A stretch of 64,000 bases of DNA. Origin: Octopus sinensis. Its lineage: Eukaryota. A program made the position numbers and the translations under genes. The stretch spans positions 85,498,001 through 85,562,000 of the forward strand of contig NC_043006.1 of NCBI RefSeq assembly GCF_006345805.1, given 5' to 3'. Shown in pieces: positions 26,121-39,519 of this stretch (position 1 is its first letter; each line of letters starts with the position of its first letter). The notes under the pieces are model-generated. The model searched no databases, was not told the origin of the DNA, and saw nothing but the letters and a program-made list of their open reading frames with translations.

Positions 26121-26837
26121 CGTCGGAAAAAAGGTGTTCTTCATAATTCTATGATTAATAAAACAACCTAAGCAATAGTTTTCTTATAGTTTAGAGAGGG
26201 GAAATGAGCGATATTGTTTATAGTATGGTGATGCACATTTACAACTATTGCATGATGTCATGACAAGGAGACACAAACATGTGTAATGTGCACACATGCA
26301 CACACACACAACCACACACATACATGCATCAAAAGAATCGGTTTTTAATCCTTCTACTGCAGAAACCAGATATGTGGGAGTGCTGAAAAGTTCCTGGCTT
26401 TGGGTTTAAAAAAATACAGGAGGAACAGTTAATTCTGATTTTACTCAACATATTCCCCTCTCAGATTCACAACTTATTACAGCAATCCTTCAGTTTTTCT
26501 AAATTCTGTAAAAGAACTTGGAAGGTTGGGCCTCCAACCAGGCGTTTCGTGATACCCTTAAAGCCAGGATCTATTCTAAATTGCATGACCCTTAACAACA
26601 GCAGTTTTATATACCAATTTATCTTTTGTTGTGGAATGTTGTTTTGAAACTATTTTCTGTTGAGATATTTGAAGCTTATTGGAGACAGTGTGACTTGCAG
26701 AAAAGACCAGTTCTATTCTTTTCTAGATATTTAACATAATTACTGAAAAAACCAAAAAATAACCATGAAATTTAAGTTCAGAGTGAAAGGATTAAGCAGT
26801 ACAATCTAATTTTGTTGTTTTCTCCTCCTCTATCTAG

Positions 26838-26921
26838 AGAGTTCTAACTACAGAGTTCATTGATGGATGTAAGATAACTGATATTGAAGGAATACAGGAA
26901 ATGGGACTTTCACCAAAGGAT
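26838..26921 (+). CDS. ADCK5: ADCK5 coding exon 6
   Basis: RVLTTEFIDGCKITDIEGIQEMGLSPKD, canonical AG/GT. Confidence 0.95.
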
Positions 26922-27076
26922 GTACGTAATTTTATTGTTATTTTTAGTTTGATTATTTTTCTGTATATATATATATATTATATATATATATATCAATGAT
27001 TGACAATAGAACAGGAGTTATGTAAATGTTTCCATCAGTTTACAGCTGTTTCTGATATAAGATGCATATATATATA

Positions 27077-27464
27077 CTAGCAGTATAGCCCGGCGTTGCT
27101 TGGGTTTGTTTTCTTTTTTGACCCTTTAGAATTGGAATTTTTGAAAAGTAAAAATTTTGCATTATGTAGCTTGTTATTCTCTTTAAGTGAACATTTTTCT
27201 GGTTGAAATACACCGAAAAATGGCGACACAGCAGCGAAAAAATCGCAAAAAATAGGGGCTTTCATAGATAAAAAGCACCTTTTTGATGTAAATAATTTTT
27301 GGTTTTAACATGGTCTGATTTGAATTTTTTCTTCTACAGAATGAAGAGCAAACCTTCTATCATACTCTCAAATTTGGTCAACTTGCGGTACAGGGTCCTG
27401 GAGGAGATAGTGTTAGTTGAAGGTTACCAAACCTGCCACACACACACAGAGACAACTTCAGCTT

Positions 27465-27472
<8 letters not shown>
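27077..27472 (-). mobile_element. Non-autonomous Helitron
   Basis: A|CTAGCAGTATAGCCCGGCGTTGCTTGGG is the reverse-complemented hairpin plus CTAG terminus. The 5' end merges into (TA)n. Confidence 0.75.
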
Positions 27473-27498
<26 letters not shown>

Positions 27499-27503
27499 CA
27501 TAT

Positions 27504-27597
<94 letters not shown>

Positions 27598-27640
27598 CAT
27601 ACACACACACACACATATTTATATATATATATATATATAT
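27465..27640. repeat. Compound (TA)n/(CA)n microsatellite
   Basis: Visible runs. Confidence 0.95.
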
Positions 27641-28247
27641 GCATGAGGAGAGTGAGGTGCTTATAGGTGCAGGTATGGCTGTGTGGTTAAGAAACTTTGC
27701 TTCCCAACCATTTGGTTTTGGGTTTAGCCTTACTGTATGCCTTCTACTACAGTTCCAGGCTGGCCAAAGCATTGTGCGTGGATCTGGTAGACAGAAACTG
27801 AAACAAGCCCCTCTCTCTCTCCCTCTAACACACACATATGTATGTATATGTGTCCCCCTGTTACTACTTTAGTCTCTCAACACCCAACACAAAGCCACCT
27901 CTCTCAATCCTGCACCCAAACTCAGTCGAAGAGTTTTGGTAACCTCATCAGTGCTTGTTTCATGGAAAAGGCACCCAGTACACTCTGTAATGTAGCTGGA
28001 ATTAGGAAGTGCATCCTGCCACAGAAACCATGTTAAAGCTGATACTTGAGCTCACTGCAGTACTCTGGGTTTATCAGATCCTGTTGAACCTCCTAGCCCT
28101 TGCCAACATAGAAGATGGATGTTAAAGGATAATGATGATGATAAAATGCACTTTAATCTTTAATCTGAATTATGTGTTTAGATATTTGAAATGACAATTG
28201 TCACAGCATCCCACTGCATGTTTAATTACCTGTTAATAAAATTTCAG

Positions 28248-28329
28248 ATCAATCGAAAGCTCATTAACTGCTTCTCCGACCAGATATTCCGCAGTGGTTT
28301 TGTGCACGGGGATCCTCATCCAGGAAATG
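28248..28329 (+). CDS. ADCK5: ADCK5 coding exon 7
   Basis: INRKLINCFSDQIFRSGFVHGDPHPGN contains the catalytic loop HxDPHPGN. Confidence 0.96.
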
Positions 28330-28364
28330 GTAAGTGTGAACTAGGAATTTATGTCTGTCTGTCT

Positions 28365-28550
28365 GTCATCATCATCATCACCACCACCACCACCACCACC
28401 ACCACCACCATCACCACAACCACCACCATCACCACCACCACCATCATCATCATCACCACCACCACCACTACCACTGCTGTTATCATCACCAGCACCAGCA
28501 CTCGTCGCCATCACCCCCATCCCCACTACCACCACCACCACCACCATTGA
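28365..28550. repeat. (CAT)n/(CAC)n compound microsatellite
   Basis: Visible trinucleotide runs. Confidence 0.95.
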
Positions 28551-29280
28551 CTTAATAAAACATTCCCTCAGTGAATTATTAATCACTTTGAAGAAACTAG
28601 TATTAATGTGAACAATTCTTGTAGTTTGAATGGCTTTTAAAATTACAGCAGTAGAGAACAAGAAAACTAGAGTATATGTCTTAAAGTTTTTAGCTTCATC
28701 ATTTTAATCTATGTTCAAATGCTGCTTGGTCTGCTTGGATGGATAACGTAAGTAAATACTTGACATGTTTTGCAGTAGATGCAGCTGAATATAACCCCCT
28801 TATATGCACATGGTAGTCTAGTACTAATCACTAGCATAGCTAGAGTATGTGCCGCCTGGAGTGGTCCTTCCATTTGCTGGCCCCAGATCATGCAAAAACA
28901 TATTGCCTACAGCCGACCCAAAAGTGTTGCCCCTTTAAAAGTGCTGCCTGGGGCAGGCTGCTTTGCTGCCCAGCTATGCTAGTGGTACTAATATATTACA
29001 ATAGCACACTTAAGTTTGTTGTTGCCAGTACTGCCTGACTGGCCCCCGTGCCGGTAGCACGTAAAAGCACCCACTACACTCTTGGAGTGGTTGGCGTTAG
29101 GAAGGGCATCCAGCTGTAGAAACTCTGCCAGATCAAGATTGGAACCTGGTGCAGCCATCTACTTCGCCAGTCCTCAGTCAAATCGTCCAACCCATGCTAG
29201 CATGGAAAGCAGACGTTAAACGATGATGATGATGATCTCTGTTCAAATATCATTTGGAAGTAGACACACAAGATCCTTTA

Positions 29281-30144
29281 CCAGGTGATACCAAAATGTT
29301 CCTGGAATAGTTCTGTAACATGTCAACAGATGGCAGCACATGGTTGTGTGCACAGTGAGAGCTAGCTGTGACCTTCATAAGGCAGTGTACTGAGTGACAT
29401 TGCAGTGTTTACTTCACAAGTTATGAAATTTGTGTTTTTGTGATCACATGTATGCCCTAGTCTGCAATTTTGTCATGGACAGGTAATTGGAAGAAAGAGC
29501 CAATTTGAAATTTACATGCTTCAAAGACAAAGCAGCAGTTGTCACAATGGAATAGCCCTTCATCTCCATGACTGAATAAGGCATGACAGAGCCGCAGCTC
29601 ATTCAAAAGCATGCTAATCGTTTTTTTACAATATCTGCGGTATTGTGCCTCGAGAATTTGTCCCCCAGGGCCAGACTGTCAATCAAGAGTTCTACTGTGA
29701 TATTTTGAAGTGTTTGAAGGAGGACATTAGGTAAAAGCTGCCGGATCAGTGGAGTGCAAAGAATTGGATTTTTCATGATGACAATGCCTGTTACCAAGCT
29801 CTCCTCACTTGTGAGTTTCTCACCAAAATCAACATGGTATTGCTTCCACATCTACCCTATTCAACAAATTTAGCACCTACGGACTGCCATCTCTTCCTGA
29901 AGATGAAAATGCAGCTCAAAGGTCACTGTTTTAACACCGTTGTCAAGATCAAGAGTGAATCACATAAGGTCTTTGACTCACAGAAAACAATGTCTAGGCC
30001 AGATTCCAAAAGTGGCAGGAACATTGGGGCTGGTGTATTGCTGTGCAAAGTGACTATTTCAAAAAAGATGATGTTAAAACTTAGGTAAATAAGTTATTTT
30101 TTATTAAACATAACTAGTCTGGGAGCATTTTGATAGCACCTCAA
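29281..30144 (+). mobile_element. Internally deleted mariner element with both TIRs
   Basis: Left end TA|CCAGGTGATACCAAAATGTTCCTGGAATAGT and right end ACTAGTCTGGGAGCATTTTGATAGCACCTCA. Peptide LPHLPYSTNLAPTDCHLFLKMK. Confidence 0.85.
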
Positions 30145-30174
30145 TATATACAATATAGACATAAGAACTTGAGA

Positions 30175-30210
<36 letters not shown>

Positions 30211-30387
30211 GTTATTGTGAGGGCACATGGCCTAGTGGTTTGAGTGTTGCACTCATGATCACAAGATTGTGGTATTTATTAAACTTAATATTTTATTTTG
30301 TAAATATTAATTGGCTGTATAAGTAATTAGTGGCTTTTATTAATTAGCTGAACCTTCTTACATTGGTCCATAAATGTTTATTTGCAG

Positions 30388-30558
30388 TGTTTGTTCGGAA
30401 AGGGAAGAAAGGACAGGGAGAACTTGTAATTCTGGATCATGGTCTCTATAATCAGTTAAAAGAGAATGAACGCCTTGCACTTTGTGGGATTTTCAAGGCC
30501 ATAGTGTTAAAGGATGAAGCTGGCATGCAAGAGTATTCCAGACTTTTGGGAGTCTCAA
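30388..30558 (+). CDS. ADCK5: ADCK5 coding exon 8
   Basis: VFVRKGKKGQGELVILDHGLY...ERLALCGIFKAIVLKD contains DHG, the DFG equivalent in ADCK1/5. Confidence 0.96.
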
Positions 30559-30931
30559 GTGAGTATATTTCTGAGAATAAACGTTTACCTGTAAGAACAG
30601 CTCAGTAAATAGTATATCTGATGGTATGTCCAAAGCTTAGTCAAAGTGGAATAAAGTAACTGGAGGCACACAAAGCGATGTTGAATGAAATATATATGCA
30701 TACAATTGTTTTTAACACCTTTGTGTACACTTGAACATGAAAAGACCTTTCTCTATGAAAGTAGTCTTGGGAGAAAATTCTCTTAATAGACAAGGTGTAT
30801 ACGAAGACACATTATTGGGCTGTGACTGATGCTATTGGATTGTAATGGTATAGTATTTATAATTATATCATGATGAGATGCTTTGATATTTCTTAGTAAA
30901 AAAAATAAAATCCAATGTAATTTTTTTTTAG

Positions 30932-31109
30932 ATCATGCTGTATTCTGTGAGATTCTTGTTCAAAGGCCTGTTGTGAGAAATTCCATGCGCCTTCCAAGCA
31001 GGATGACTCCAGAAGACATAGATAAAATGAAAACAAATGTTGTTCATCATTTTGATGAGATTATGCAAGTCTTGAAAGAAATGCCATGTACCTTAATCTT
31101 AGTCATCAG
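30932..31109 (+). CDS. ADCK5: ADCK5 coding exon 9
   Basis: HAVFCEILVQRPV...FDEIMQVLKEMPCTLILVIR, with consistent phases (1 in, 2 out). Confidence 0.93.
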
Positions 31110-31961
31110 GTTTGTCTAAAGAATTTATTTTCTGTTTGTATTCATATTTTTGTTGATTTTTTTTTTATTGATATGCCAGCATAGAAAATAGTGCATTAAA
31201 AAATGATGATGATGGTGATGATAAGTGCAGGTATGGCTGTGTGGTTAAGGAGATTGCTTTTCGACCACATGATTTTGGGTTCAGTCATCGTCGTTTAACG
31301 TCCACTTTTCATGCTAGCATGGGTTGGACAATCTGACAAAGCAGATGGATGCACTAGACTCCAATCTGATCTGGCAGGGTTTCTACAGCTGGATGCCCTT
31401 TCTAACGCCAACCACTCCAAGAGTGTAGTAAAATTAACTTGTATATAGCCTTTTTTCTCTTTGTTTACTTATCTTTTACTTGTTTCTGTCTTCGTTAGAC
31501 TGCAACCATGCTGGGGTAACACCTTGAAGAGTTTTTGTCAAAAAATGGACCCTCGCACTTATTTTTTTTAAAGCCTGGTACTTATTCTAACAGTCCCTTT
31601 TGCTGAACTGCTAAGTTACAGGGACATGAACACACCCACACTGGTTGTCAAGCAGCGGTGAGGGACAAAACAGGCACAAAGACATGTGTATATACGACAG
31701 GCTTCTATTCAGTATCTGTCTACCAAATCCTCTCACAAGGGTTTGGTTGGCAAGGGTTATAGTAGAAGACACTTGTCTAAGGTGCCACAAGATGGGACTG
31801 AACACACAACCATGTGGTTTAGGAAGCAAAACATCTTACCACACAGCCACACCTGCACCTTATTATGGAGTTCTTAAAATTTCTTGTCTTTAGTAATCAT
31901 GTATAGGACCACTTCATACTAAGCAAATACTAAGTTGGTTAAATAATGTTCTTCCTTTTAG

Positions 31962-32036
31962 AAACTTAAATACTATTCGTGCTATTACAAGAAATCTTGG
32001 TGACAAAGTTGACCGATACACAATAATGGTCCAAAG
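31962..32036 (+). CDS. ADCK5: ADCK5 coding exon 10
   Basis: RNLNTIRAITRNLGDKVDRYTIMVQ matches the ADCK5 N.NT.RA...LG..VDRY motif. Not in the ORF track. Confidence 0.93.
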
Positions 32037-32078
32037 GTGAGTATTTGTTTTTTCTTTTTTGTTGGTTTTTGTATTCAT

Positions 32079-32126
<48 letters not shown>

Positions 32127-32532
32127 CACACTCACACACAAACACTTCGATGTATATAGACATAAACATGCATACTTAAATAGATTTACATACATGTATA
32201 CATACATGCTTTCATTCATCATTTTATACACACACACACACACATTAATCAGAGTGTACAGAATCATATATCCAGTATGGCCAATCTTACCAATCGTGGT
32301 TCAACAGAGTGTTAGGTAACAATCTGATTATGTAACCCTGCGCTCATCAGAGGTAGCCATTATGGAATGAAATATAGGCTTCTTTTAGATTCTGTTTACC
32401 AGATCTACTCGCTCACAACATTCTGGTCAGCCTAAGGCTATAGCAGAAGACACTTGAAGCTGTGGATTGAACCTGAAACCAAGTGGTTGCGAAGCAAACC
32501 TCTTACCACACAGCCATTCCTGTGCTACACAT

Positions 32533-32574
<42 letters not shown>

Positions 32575-32821
32575 CACACACAAATACGCTTAAACATACA
32601 CACATATATGTATAGATACCAGCTTACCCATGAATTTACTCCTTAATTCACCTGAAATTACAGTTACCAATCAACTTATATTTCTCTTAATATCCACATT
32701 TAATTAAAACTCTGTTACAGCACTCTGGTTTACCAGTCAAACTATCTAACCCATGCCAGCATGGAAAGCGGACGTTAAATGATGATGGATACATCAGTTT
32801 GTTTTATTTCTCATATTCTAG

Positions 32822-32914
32822 GTCTGTGTCTGCAATCTGTGATACAACTGAACATACTCTACTAACCAAGATCAAATCAACATTTCAGCTCTTCATGTTC
32901 GAATTATTTATAAG
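32822..32914 (+). CDS. ADCK5: ADCK5 coding exon 11
   Basis: SVSAICDTTEHTLLTKIKSTFQLFMFELFI, with TTCTAG acceptor, AAG|GTAAAG donor and consistent phase. Confidence 0.75.
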
Positions 32915-33644
32915 GTAAAGAAAAATTTTGTCTTCACAGCTATCTCTTGTAATTTTATTTGAATTTAGATTTATTTTTATTTATTTCTTGGATTTTCTGT
33001 CATATTGAAAATACAGAGCATATTTTCACTCACGGAGTGGTTGGCGTTAGGAAGGGCATCCAGCTGTAGAAACACTGCCAGATCAGACTGGAGCCTGGTG
33101 CAGCCTCTTGGCTTCCCAGACCCCGGTCGAACCGTCCAACCTGTGCTAGCATGGAAAATGGACGTTAAACGATGATGATGATGATTTCAAATTACTCTAA
33201 TTGTATTGAATTTTTTTGGTTCATTATTAATTTCTAAAAGAAAATTCATCTAAGTTTGGGTGAGATTTTTAAGGTAAATTAATATCCAGGTTAATAGTTT
33301 GCAGGTAAGGTGTTAGATATGAAAAAAAAAAAGTAAAGGCTGTTGGGGGATCTCAAAAGTATTGTAGTTCTGGAGTGAAAGGATTTGGTAAAGTGCTCAG
33401 TTCCAGTCAAGTACAGCTAATAATCTTTTCTAGGTACAAGGCCTGAAATTTTGAGAGATGGGGTTAGTTGATTACATTGGTACTTATTTTATCAAGCCTG
33501 AAAGGATGAAAGGCAAAGCTGAGCTTAGCAGAATTTGAACACAGACTGTAAAGCCAGAAAAAATGCTGCTAATTCTACCATCTCCCTGCCTTGATGATGA
33601 TGGTGGTGGTGGTGGTCGCTGCCACCGTCGTCGTCATCATCATC

Positions 33645-34095
33645 TCCTCTGTCAAGACCTACCAAAAACTGACCAAATATAAAGATCTTGTAATAGAAAT
33701 CAGCAAAATGTGGAACCTGAAGACTAAAACAATATCTGTTGTCATAGGTGCCCTGGGAATGATAGCAAAAGGGGCTGATTGCTACCTAACTCAGATACCA
33801 GGAAACCCAAAAATGGCAGAAATTCAAAAGATAGTGCTCATGGGAACTGCTCATATCCTACGCAAAATATTTTCTATGTAATCTCAAGTTTTAAAACAAA
33901 CATAATTTTCGTATGGTTTTTTTAGACATTCACTAGTACAACACTAAGTACAAAACCAAATATATGGCACCCCAGGCATAACACCAACATGAACTTCCAA
34001 CTTGTTGTCTCTTGAGGTCTCTGGGTGAGACTTGGAGCCAACTTGTACAAATGTAAAGCAAAAGTCAAACATAGAATAATAATAATAATAATAAT
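33645..34095 (+). mobile_element. R4/Dong-like LINE 3' end with (AAT)n tail
   Basis: KTYQKLTKYKDLVIEISKMWNLKTKTISVVIGALG...LMGTAHILRK, then a 3' UTR and TAA repeats. Confidence 0.85.
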
Positions 34096-34689
34096 GATTT
34101 CAAATTTTGACACAAGGCCAGCAATTGATTACATTGACCCCGGTGCTCAACTGGTACTTATTTTATCCATTGTGAATGGATGAAAGGCAAAGCTGACCTT
34201 GGCAGCATTTGAACTCAATGTAAAGATGGACAAAATGCCACTAAGCATTTTGCTCGGCACGCTCATGATTCTGTTGGCTTACTGCCTTAATAACAATAAT
34301 AATAATCTTTTCTACTATAGGCACAAGGCCTGGAATTTTGGGGGAAGGGGCTAGTTGATTACATTGGCTTGAATGGTCAACTGGTTCTTATTTCATTGAC
34401 TCCAAAAAGATAAAAGGCAAAGTCAACCTTGGTGAAATTTGAACTCAGAAAGTAAAGACAAATGAAATGCTGTTAATCATTTTGTCTGGTATGCTAACAT
34501 TTCTGCCAGTTTGGTGCCTTAAGCATAACTAATAATAATCCTTTCTACTAAAGGCACAAGGCCTGAAATTTTGGGGGAGGGGACTAGTCGATTACATCAA
34601 CTTCATTGTTTCACTGGTACTTAAAACATTGGTGCCGATGTAATTGACTAGTCCCCTCCCCTCAAATTTCAGGCCTTGTAGAAAGGATT

Positions 34690-35070
34690 AGTGGCTGTGT
34701 GGTAAGTAGCTTGCTTACCAACCACATGGTTCCGGGTTCATTCTCACTGCGTGGCACCTTGGGCAAGTGTCTTCTACTATAGCCTCGGGCTGACCAAAGC
34801 CTTGTGAGTGGATTTGGTAGATGGAAACTGAAAGAAGCCCGTTGTATATATGTATATATATGTATGTGTATGTGTGTGTGTTTGTCCCCCCAACATCGCT
34901 TGACAACTGATGCTGGTGTGTTTACGTCCCCGTAACTTAGCAGTTCGGCAAAAGAGACTGATAGAATAAGTACTAGGCTTACAAAGAATAAGTCCTGGGG
35001 TCGATTTGCTCGACTAAAGGTGGTGCTCCAGCATGGCCACAGTCACATGACTGAAACAAGTAAAAGAGTA
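34690..35070 (+). mobile_element. tRNA-derived SINE, family A
   Basis: A box TGGCTGTGTGG, B box GGTTCATTCTC, CORE-like CCTTGGGCAAGTG segment and GAAACAAGTAAAAGAGTAA tail. Confidence 0.85.
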
Positions 35071-35264
35071 AATGAGCTGTGCTGAAGGCAGCAAACCTAA
35101 GTACAACTAATAATAGTAACAATTACAAACTATATTACTTTATCAATCAGTCACCTTCGTTTTCATTTATAGCATTGGAAAACACAAATTTTGACTATCA
35201 TTTACATATCTTTAATTAGTAATAATAATTAACGAAGTTTATTACTTTACCAATTCATTTGCAG

Positions 35265-35382
35265 CATTGAAAACCTCAAACTTTGGTTTGCATTCACATA
35301 TCTTCGATTCCTCTACTTTCTGGGATTGCATCCAGAATATCAGGAACTTACAGAACTTATTAATACTCAAAGAAAAAGGTGA
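35265..35382 (+). CDS. ADCK5: ADCK5 coding exon 12 (terminal if not spliced further)
   Basis: SIENLKLWFAFTYLRFLYFLGLHPEYQELTELINTQRKR* is an amphipathic C-terminus. The total CDS is 1761 nt (586 aa). A donor AAG|GTGAGA overlaps the stop codon. Confidence 0.75.
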
Positions 35383-37959
35383 GATTTCAAAGCTTACTCA
35401 ACAATTCCCTATTTATTAAAGGGTCATTTTTCCTGTAGGGTCTCTTCTCTATGATTTGCCAGGATTTCTCTACTTTGACCCTTTAGCATTCAGATTACTT
35501 TGTCAAATGTAATGCTTACTTATTTCCATTTTTTTATAATTGATCATTATCTTGTAGCTTCAAGATTTCGGTGATGTAATTATGTATTTTTAGAATAACA
35601 TTGTAGGGTATATGTGAAAGGTCAGATCTGTCTGTCTTGAACATAAAACAGGTAGAGTATTTGGGCAGGTGAAGGTGCATGGCTCAGCGGTTAGAGCATC
35701 GAGCTTGTGAGTTCGAATCCTGGACCGGGCTGTGTGTTATATTCTTTATTTCACATTGCTCCAGTTCACTCAGCTGTAGAGATGAGTTGCAATGTCACTG
35801 ATGCCAAGCTGTATTGGCCTTTTCCTTTCCCTTGGATAACATCAGTAGTGTGGAGAGGGGAGGCTGGTATGCATGGTTGACTGCTGGTCTTCCATAAACA
35901 ACCTTGCCTGGACTTGTGCTTTGGAGGGTAACTTCTTAGGTGCAATCCCATGGTCATTCACGACTGAAGGAGATCTTTACCCTATTTAGGTTGGATACGG
36001 CTGGTTTAAATGCTTAATGGTTAAGGAACATGCTCATATGGGTTATTTTTAGATTTGGTTCTGTAGTTTTTATTTTATATCTGTATATTTTACATCTCAA
36101 AATGGTTTAGAAGAAAATCAAAGAATAATTGAAATCTTTAATATAATAAAACACAAGTTCCAGTGTTATGCTTTCAACAAGCTTAACTATGGATATCACT
36201 CATATTCAAAATCTTTAAAATAATGTAACCAGTTGGAGTGTTATAATTCATAAATATCATCAGAAACTTTAGCATAAATTCTAATTTTGGCACAAGGCCA
36301 ACAATTTTGAGGTGAGAGGCAAGTCAACTGCATATATTTTACTGGCCTCTGAAAGGATGAAAGACAAAGTTGACCTGGATGGAATTTAAATTTAGAACAT
36401 TGAAAATAGGAAGAAATACCCCTAAGCATTATGTTTGATGTGCTAGCATGGGTGTGTGTTAAGAAGCTTGCTTCCCAACCACATGGTTTTGGGTTCAGTT
36501 CTACTACATGGCACCTTGGTCAAGTGTCTTCTACTATAGCCCTAGGCTGACCAAGGCCTTGTGAGTGTATTTGGTAGACGGAAACTGAAAGAAGTCTGTC
36601 ATATATATATGTATGCATTGTGTGTGTGTGTATTTGTGTTTGTCTCCCTGTCATCACTTGACAATAGATACTGGTGTGTTTATGTTCCTGTAACTTAGCA
36701 GTTTGGCAAAAGAGATCAATAAATTAAGTACTAGGCCTACAAAGAATAAGTCCTGGGGTCGATTTCTTTCACTAAAACCCTTTAAGGTAGTGCCCTAGCA
36801 TGGCTGCTGTCAAATGATTGAAACAAGTAAGTGAATAAGAGAATTCTGCCAACTTGCTGTTTTACAAAATCTTTAAAATAATGAAGGTTAGAGAGACAAG
36901 ATAAAATGAAAGAGAGCTAATCTTGTACCTCTATCTTTCAGATTTCCCTGTCTCATCTCTCCACTTCCTGTCACTGTTGTATCCAACCCTTTTTTTCCTT
37001 GTACTAACCACTATGTCTAGTCCTTTCTTTCCCAGAACATTGTCCCACTACAATCTTCCCTTGTGGCACATGTCTTTCCTACAAGTGTTGATGTGTACCA
37101 CTTTATAAGTTAAATTACTGGTATCAATCTCACCAACTTTGGAGAGTTTGCAAGTGTCATGGATTCAATTTTTTTCATCTAGAGTCTGCAAGAAATATAA
37201 GCAAAACGTCCAACCTAAAACTCAAATCTCCTAATAAACAGTAGAACCCCTAATATATTTCTTTATTGCCTACAAGGGGCTAAATATAGAGGGGACCAAC
37301 AAGGACAGACAAAGGGATTAAGTCGATTACATCGACACCAGTGCGTAACTGGTACTTTATTTATCGATTCCGAAAGGATGAAAGGCAAAGTCGACCTCGG
37401 TGGAATTTGAACTCAGAATGTAATGACAGATGAAATACCGCTAAGCATTTTGCCCGACATGCTAACTTTTTTTGCCAGCTCGCCGCCTTCCCCTAATAAG
37501 TTCAGTTGTGAAATTACATTTTGTTAATAGTACAGTTATCTGCCCTTAACTTATTACAGGATGCTATTTTACTTGGCTACAAATTTAGAATTTTATACCT
37601 ACCTAATTGGAATCATTAGTAGTTCAGTCAAACAAGCAGATTAAGTTCACATTGGATTATGATCTGTGAGTGCTCATTTTTTTTTCTTTTAGTTTCAAGT
37701 CCTGCGCTGCAGGGCAAGCTTCCTCCTCTGAGTTTAGTTGGCTGCCTGTCTTACACATAATGTCGACTATCTTCAGGTCATCTCAAAATGTCTGCTACCA
37801 AGCGATATTTGGCCTGCTGGCAGGCAATACCCAAGCCTTGGCTGTTTTACAAGTGTCATTGATTGGTTAATCAGAGAATGTGGCCAGCCAGGTGCAATTG
37901 GTGCTCTGCTACAATGTCTTGTAGTGCTAGTGCTTGTGTATACAGCTGTGTGTGTGCGC

Positions 37960-38250
37960 ACATACACGCAAGTACTGTCCAAATCTCCGACCAATCACAT
38001 ACAGCTAGCTGGCATTCAATTGGTGCATCAAGTTTCAGGCATTTTGATTGGTGGGTTTTGGATAGAAAATTCACAAAAAAGTCACTTCTATTGATTTTTT
38101 AATGGCTTTGCGGGGTGACTGGGGAAATGTCGAACGGTTTTGATTGACCATAGAAAGTGCAAGCCCTCTAACTGAAAAATTGTGGATTTGTATAAAGGAC
38201 ATGCACGCACACACACACAGACAGACTTTTGCCATTTATATATATAGAGA
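37960..38250 (-). mobile_element. Helitron-like fragment (family of 11911-12240)
   Basis: Minus-strand 5' end A|TCTCTATATATATAAATGGCAAAAG, with internal sequence shared with the first copy. Confidence 0.6.
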
Positions 38251-38663
38251 TGACATTGCTCTTTTCAGAATCCTCTCATTTGTGACACAGTCCTGCCAGT
38301 TGAACCATAGGAATTTTTCTGAGGCATATTTAATAGATACATTTAGTTTTTCTATTTCTCCTTACTGTGTTCTTCTAAGTCTCGCCAATAGAACAATGGA
38401 GTTATAGATGAAATTTCTCAGTGTTTAATATTATGATTCCCAATAAAGTATTGGCTCAGTTTTCCTGTGTTATGGCTAGAGTAAATTTGTTAGATTTATT
38501 TTGCGGTTACATTTACTCCAGTAATTTGCTCATGATATCTCCATTGAAACCACAACTGACTAACCTCCATTCTTCCAAAATTACTGACTGGCCTTGTGCT
38601 TAAATCAAAAACAATTATTAAAATTAATTCTGTATATATATATATGTATATTTTTTTTTCCAG

Positions 38664-38679
38664 ATATGAAAACCTCTGA
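38664..38679 (+). CDS. ADCK5: Candidate alternative terminal coding exon of ADCK5 (RYENL*)
   Basis: Strong acceptor TTTTTTTTTTCCAG, phase-compatible with the donor at 35378/35379. No homology support. Confidence 0.3.
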
Positions 38680-39519
38680 TTCTCCAACAAACATCCAAGC
38701 CTCCGATTCTTGGACACATTCTAAAACTAAGGATGTATTTAGAGCAACTCATTAAATTTTGTGTAAAAAACGAAAAAAAAACAAACCACTCTTTTACCTG
38801 TCATAGCTTCATATTTGTAGCTTTTTTACATGTCCGCTATTGTTGCTTTAACACATACCATATTTCTGTTGAAATACGCTGCCTTTGTTTCAATTAACTT
38901 TGAAAACGATGAAGTAACTTTGTCATTATAAACCTGCTGTTTGGAACATCAACAGGAAATTTCGAAAGGTTTTAATTCAGATTACTTTAAACATGAAGTT
39001 TGTATCATAGAAGCTGAGGTGATCTCAAGCGGGTTGGTATCAAGAGAGTTAATGCCTACTTTTCCATGTTTCATTGAAGCAGAGTTTCTATGGTAGGATG
39101 CCTTTCCTGTTACCAACCTTCGCTGTATTTCTCCATGGTCAGACAAGTTTTCACAGAAGATTGGAAACAAAGGACACCACTTGTTTCACGATGTTAAGAC
39201 AAAAACACCTACATATATCATCATTGTTTTAACATCTATTTTATCATGCTTGCAACAACCAGATGGCATTTATCGAGGCAAATTTTCTATGGTTGGGTGT
39301 CCTTCCTGTCATCAACACTTTACCTGTTTCCAAGCAAAATATTTCTCCACAGCCAGACATGTTTTTGCAGAATATCAGAAATGAATGACACTGATTTATA
39401 ACAATCACATGGTGTCAAGACAAGGAATTACAAACCTACACATTTGATGGGTATAGAGAAATCCGTGCTTCTCCTGTTGTTTCAGCTTTTAAAATATTCA
39501 TTTCAAACACATAGTAAAG

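Noticed and set aside
24190-28661. Poly-His/Pro/Thr/Gly and YI/CV-repeat ORFs in the track
   Set aside because: They are translations of intronic microsatellites.
32290-32360. Minus-strand CTGATGAG with a partial downstream stem as another hammerhead
   Set aside because: It has GAAC instead of GAAA and no matching stem I arm. At best it is a heavily decayed relic.
33880-34330. Family B SINE as the direct partner of the R4-like LINE
   Set aside because: No shared 3' sequence is visible, and the tails lie on opposite strands ((ATT)n versus (AAT)n).
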